The notes beneath the pieces are model-generated. The model made no database searches and had not been told where the DNA came from. It saw only the letters and a list, made by a program, of their open reading frames with translations. Below are positions 62,148-64,000 of a DNA stretch of 64,000 bases, one piece after another. Within the stretch, counting starts at the first letter, position 1. Every line of letters starts with the position of its first letter. Location: IMG/VR virus record IMGVR_UViG_3300047557_002530; one strand, written 5' to 3'. A program made the position numbers and the translations under genes. This DNA comes from a virus. Its lineage: Duplodnaviria; Caudoviricetes.

Positions 62148-62491
62148 CTAACTACAAACAACTTGCCGAAGAACTTTACGATACTCTCAAAAGAGTTAGA
62201 TGTTTCTCTACTTCCAACGCAGAAATGGATGATGTCATCTCAAAATACGAAGAAGCAACAACCAGAGGAACTGGAAGAACTACTGCTCTGTATATGAAAG
62301 CAATCACAGAAGCACTTGAAAATCCTGGTAAGAGTGTGGAGTTTATTGACCATCACCCTCATCGTTGGGATAGTGCTCAACATCACGCAAGTAATTTGAT
62401 GTATATTATCAAGAAACTTGGTTATGATATTGTGGTTACTACTCCTGCTGGGTCAAACCAAGTGTTCCTTTACAATAGGTTTGGAAAATGA
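62144..62491 (+). CDS. Hypothetical early protein with a degenerate P-loop-like motif
   Basis: RGTGRTT; ATGA-coupled. Confidence 0.6.
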   Translation: MTNYKQLAEELYDTLKRVRCFSTSNAEMDDVISKYEEATTRGTGRTTALYMKAITEALENPGKSVEFIDHHPHRWDSAQHHASNLMYIIKKLGYDIVVTTPAGSNQVFLYNRFGK

Positions 62492-62829
62492 AAGTTTATT
62501 CACTCTACTATAAAGACACATTCGTAGTAGCATTTCCAAATCGGGAAGATGCTATGGATTATGGTAAGAAGTATTATGATGAGTATGCTTGGGATTGTAA
62601 TATCCTTGAAGAGTATTTGAATAAGACACCTTATCAAATGTATACTCCTCCTTATACTCCACCTAATACTATTCCTTGTGTTTCTCCTAATACTACAAAG
62701 ATTGTTCATACTGCTCAACCTAATGACCCTAAACCTTATTTTGATACTTATGGTGGAGTAAAAGCAGAACCTTATAAAGATGTGAGTATAAGTTGGTATG
62801 GAGGTTATAGAGACCATTTGGGATTATGA
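62488..62829 (+). CDS. Hypothetical early protein
   Basis: ATGA-coupled. Confidence 0.6.
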   Translation: MKVYSLYYKDTFVVAFPNREDAMDYGKKYYDEYAWDCNILEEYLNKTPYQMYTPPYTPPNTIPCVSPNTTKIVHTAQPNDPKPYFDTYGGVKAEPYKDVSISWYGGYRDHLGL

Positions 62830-63116
62830 ACGAAACACTTAATAAGAACCTCACACTCATTCAAGAGGTTGCTACAAAGGCACTTGAAGAACTCAAGAAT
62901 TCCACAGAACGATTTAGTGGTGTAAATTATGCTGACCTACGAGTTGTGGATGTATGGGTGAAGTATAGTATTCACGAAGAAGATTTGGAGTATGGTGTGT
63001 TGATTGAAGAGTGCTCACCAACTGCTTATGATTTACAGGATTATATGTTAGAATACTTGAAAGACAATCTACCTAATAATTTGGGGTGGAGCATTTATGT
63101 GGAGTTGGATTGGTAA
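62826..63116 (+). CDS. Hypothetical early protein
   Basis: ATGA-coupled. Confidence 0.6.
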   Translation: MNETLNKNLTLIQEVATKALEELKNSTERFSGVNYADLRVVDVWVKYSIHEEDLEYGVLIEECSPTAYDLQDYMLEYLKDNLPNNLGWSIYVELDW

Positions 63117-63118
63117 TT

Positions 63119-63286
63119 ATGACTAAAACCCAATCAGCATTAGAACGAGTTATTATTGAGCTTGATAGTTGGTGTGATAATTGGACACCCACATCTTACA
63201 ATGACCCTCGCATTAGTTTGAGACAGATTGCTGACCGTGCTCGTAATGTTTTAGAACAGGAGAAAAATGACTATGATTTTAAATGA
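63119..63286 (+). CDS. Small hypothetical protein
   Basis: MTKTQSALERVIIELDSWCD... Confidence 0.55.
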   Translation: MTKTQSALERVIIELDSWCDNWTPTSYNDPRISLRQIADRARNVLEQEKNDYDFK

Positions 63287-63437
63287 AGAAATCCTCAAAC
63301 TTGTAAAAGAACACTTTGAAGAAGATTGGGATGAGAATGATGGTTGGGAGTATTCTGGAAACTTTGATGCCTTTGTGAAGTTTGCCCAAGAAATCTATGA
63401 TAAGGCTTATGATGATGGTTGCTTTGACAATTATTGA
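63267..63437 (+). CDS. Small acidic hypothetical protein (56 aa)
   Basis: NEEILKLV...FVKFAQEIYDKAYDDG, read manually. Confidence 0.5.
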   Translation: MTMILNEEILKLVKEHFEEDWDENDGWEYSGNFDAFVKFAQEIYDKAYDDGCFDNY

Positions 63438-63438
63438 G

Positions 63439-63494
63439 GACACTTGAAGAACTGGCACAGGGGATGCTCTGGGTGCCTCTGGATGCCCTATAAT
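63439..63494 (+). promoter_or_regulatory. Promoter/stem-loop cassette (copy 5)
   Basis: GACACTTGAAGAACTGGCACA identical to copy 4; TATAAT at 63489. Confidence 0.7.
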
Positions 63495-63519
63495 ACTCTT
63501 GTACACACAGACACCTGAA

Positions 63520-63705
63520 ATGACTAATCTTCTTCAAAACTATACTCTTGAAGATTTCGTAAAATGTCGTAATCAAAAAGAGTGGGTTTGTGATAATTGT
63601 ATGAAATGTGGTGATAGAGATTGTTGCTCTGGAAATCACATTATGTTTAGAGTTCCTAAAACTGATGATTGTCTTTGTTCTATTTGTTTGGATGGATTGA
63701 AATGA
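63520..63705 (+). CDS. Small Cys-rich (zinc-finger-like) protein
   Basis: CDNCMKCGDRDCC...CLCSIC. Confidence 0.55.
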   Translation: MTNLLQNYTLEDFVKCRNQKEWVCDNCMKCGDRDCCSGNHIMFRVPKTDDCLCSICLDGLK

Positions 63706-63872
63706 AACCCTTTTTGGGAGAAGAAATGACTTACGAAGTTCAAACTTGGGATGATGCAGATAAAACTGTGTATTATGAAACCGTAAAGGATGCTATTGAT
63801 TATGAGAGTGCTCGTGATATAATTGTAGAGAAGTATCCAAATCGTAAAGTAATTGCTGTGATTAGAAAATGA
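63702..63872 (+). CDS. Small hypothetical protein
   Basis: YEVQTWDDADKTVYYE...; start could be 63726. Confidence 0.55.
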   Translation: MKPFLGEEMTYEVQTWDDADKTVYYETVKDAIDYESARDIIVEKYPNRKVIAVIRK

Positions 63873-64000
63873 ATTTACTTGAAACACTTGAATACTTTCT
63901 CACAGAAACCGCAGCAGATATGGATGGTTTGTCTTGGGAAATCCGTGAGGAAACTAACTATGAGGACAACAACATAGAATATTTGACTGAATGTTATGAC

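Overview
This window is a 64-kb segment of a T4-like cyanomyovirus (Kyanoviridae-type, probably freshwater) genome. In order it holds a peptidase/lysozyme lysis pair, a psbA-psbD island invaded by three free-standing homing endonucleases, and auxiliary metabolic genes (glutaredoxin, speD, a DUF4278-type peptide under a tandem glutamine-riboswitch-like RNA, thyX, phoH, cp12). Next come the T4 core genes 33/59/32/53/48/4/26/51, a tape-measure/baseplate block, two tRNAs, a cluster of large tail-fibre genes, and an early region of small ORFs separated by a repeated promoter/stem-loop cassette. Four observations stand out. (1) A diversity-generating retroelement (VR, TR and RT, but no visible avd) diversifies the C-terminus of a tail fibre. 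(2) Both ends of psbD appear to have been replaced by synonymously recoded copies carried by homing endonucleases, and the displaced original 5' and 3' ends are still present. (3) A candidate programmed -1 frameshift (A AAA AAG plus a hairpin) would fuse the peptidase and lysozyme ORFs, with a second G/GT-type signal between genes 26 and 51. (4) A high-GC lectin-type tail fibre looks horizontally acquired. All calls come from reading the sequence and the ORF track; no searches or folding programs were run.
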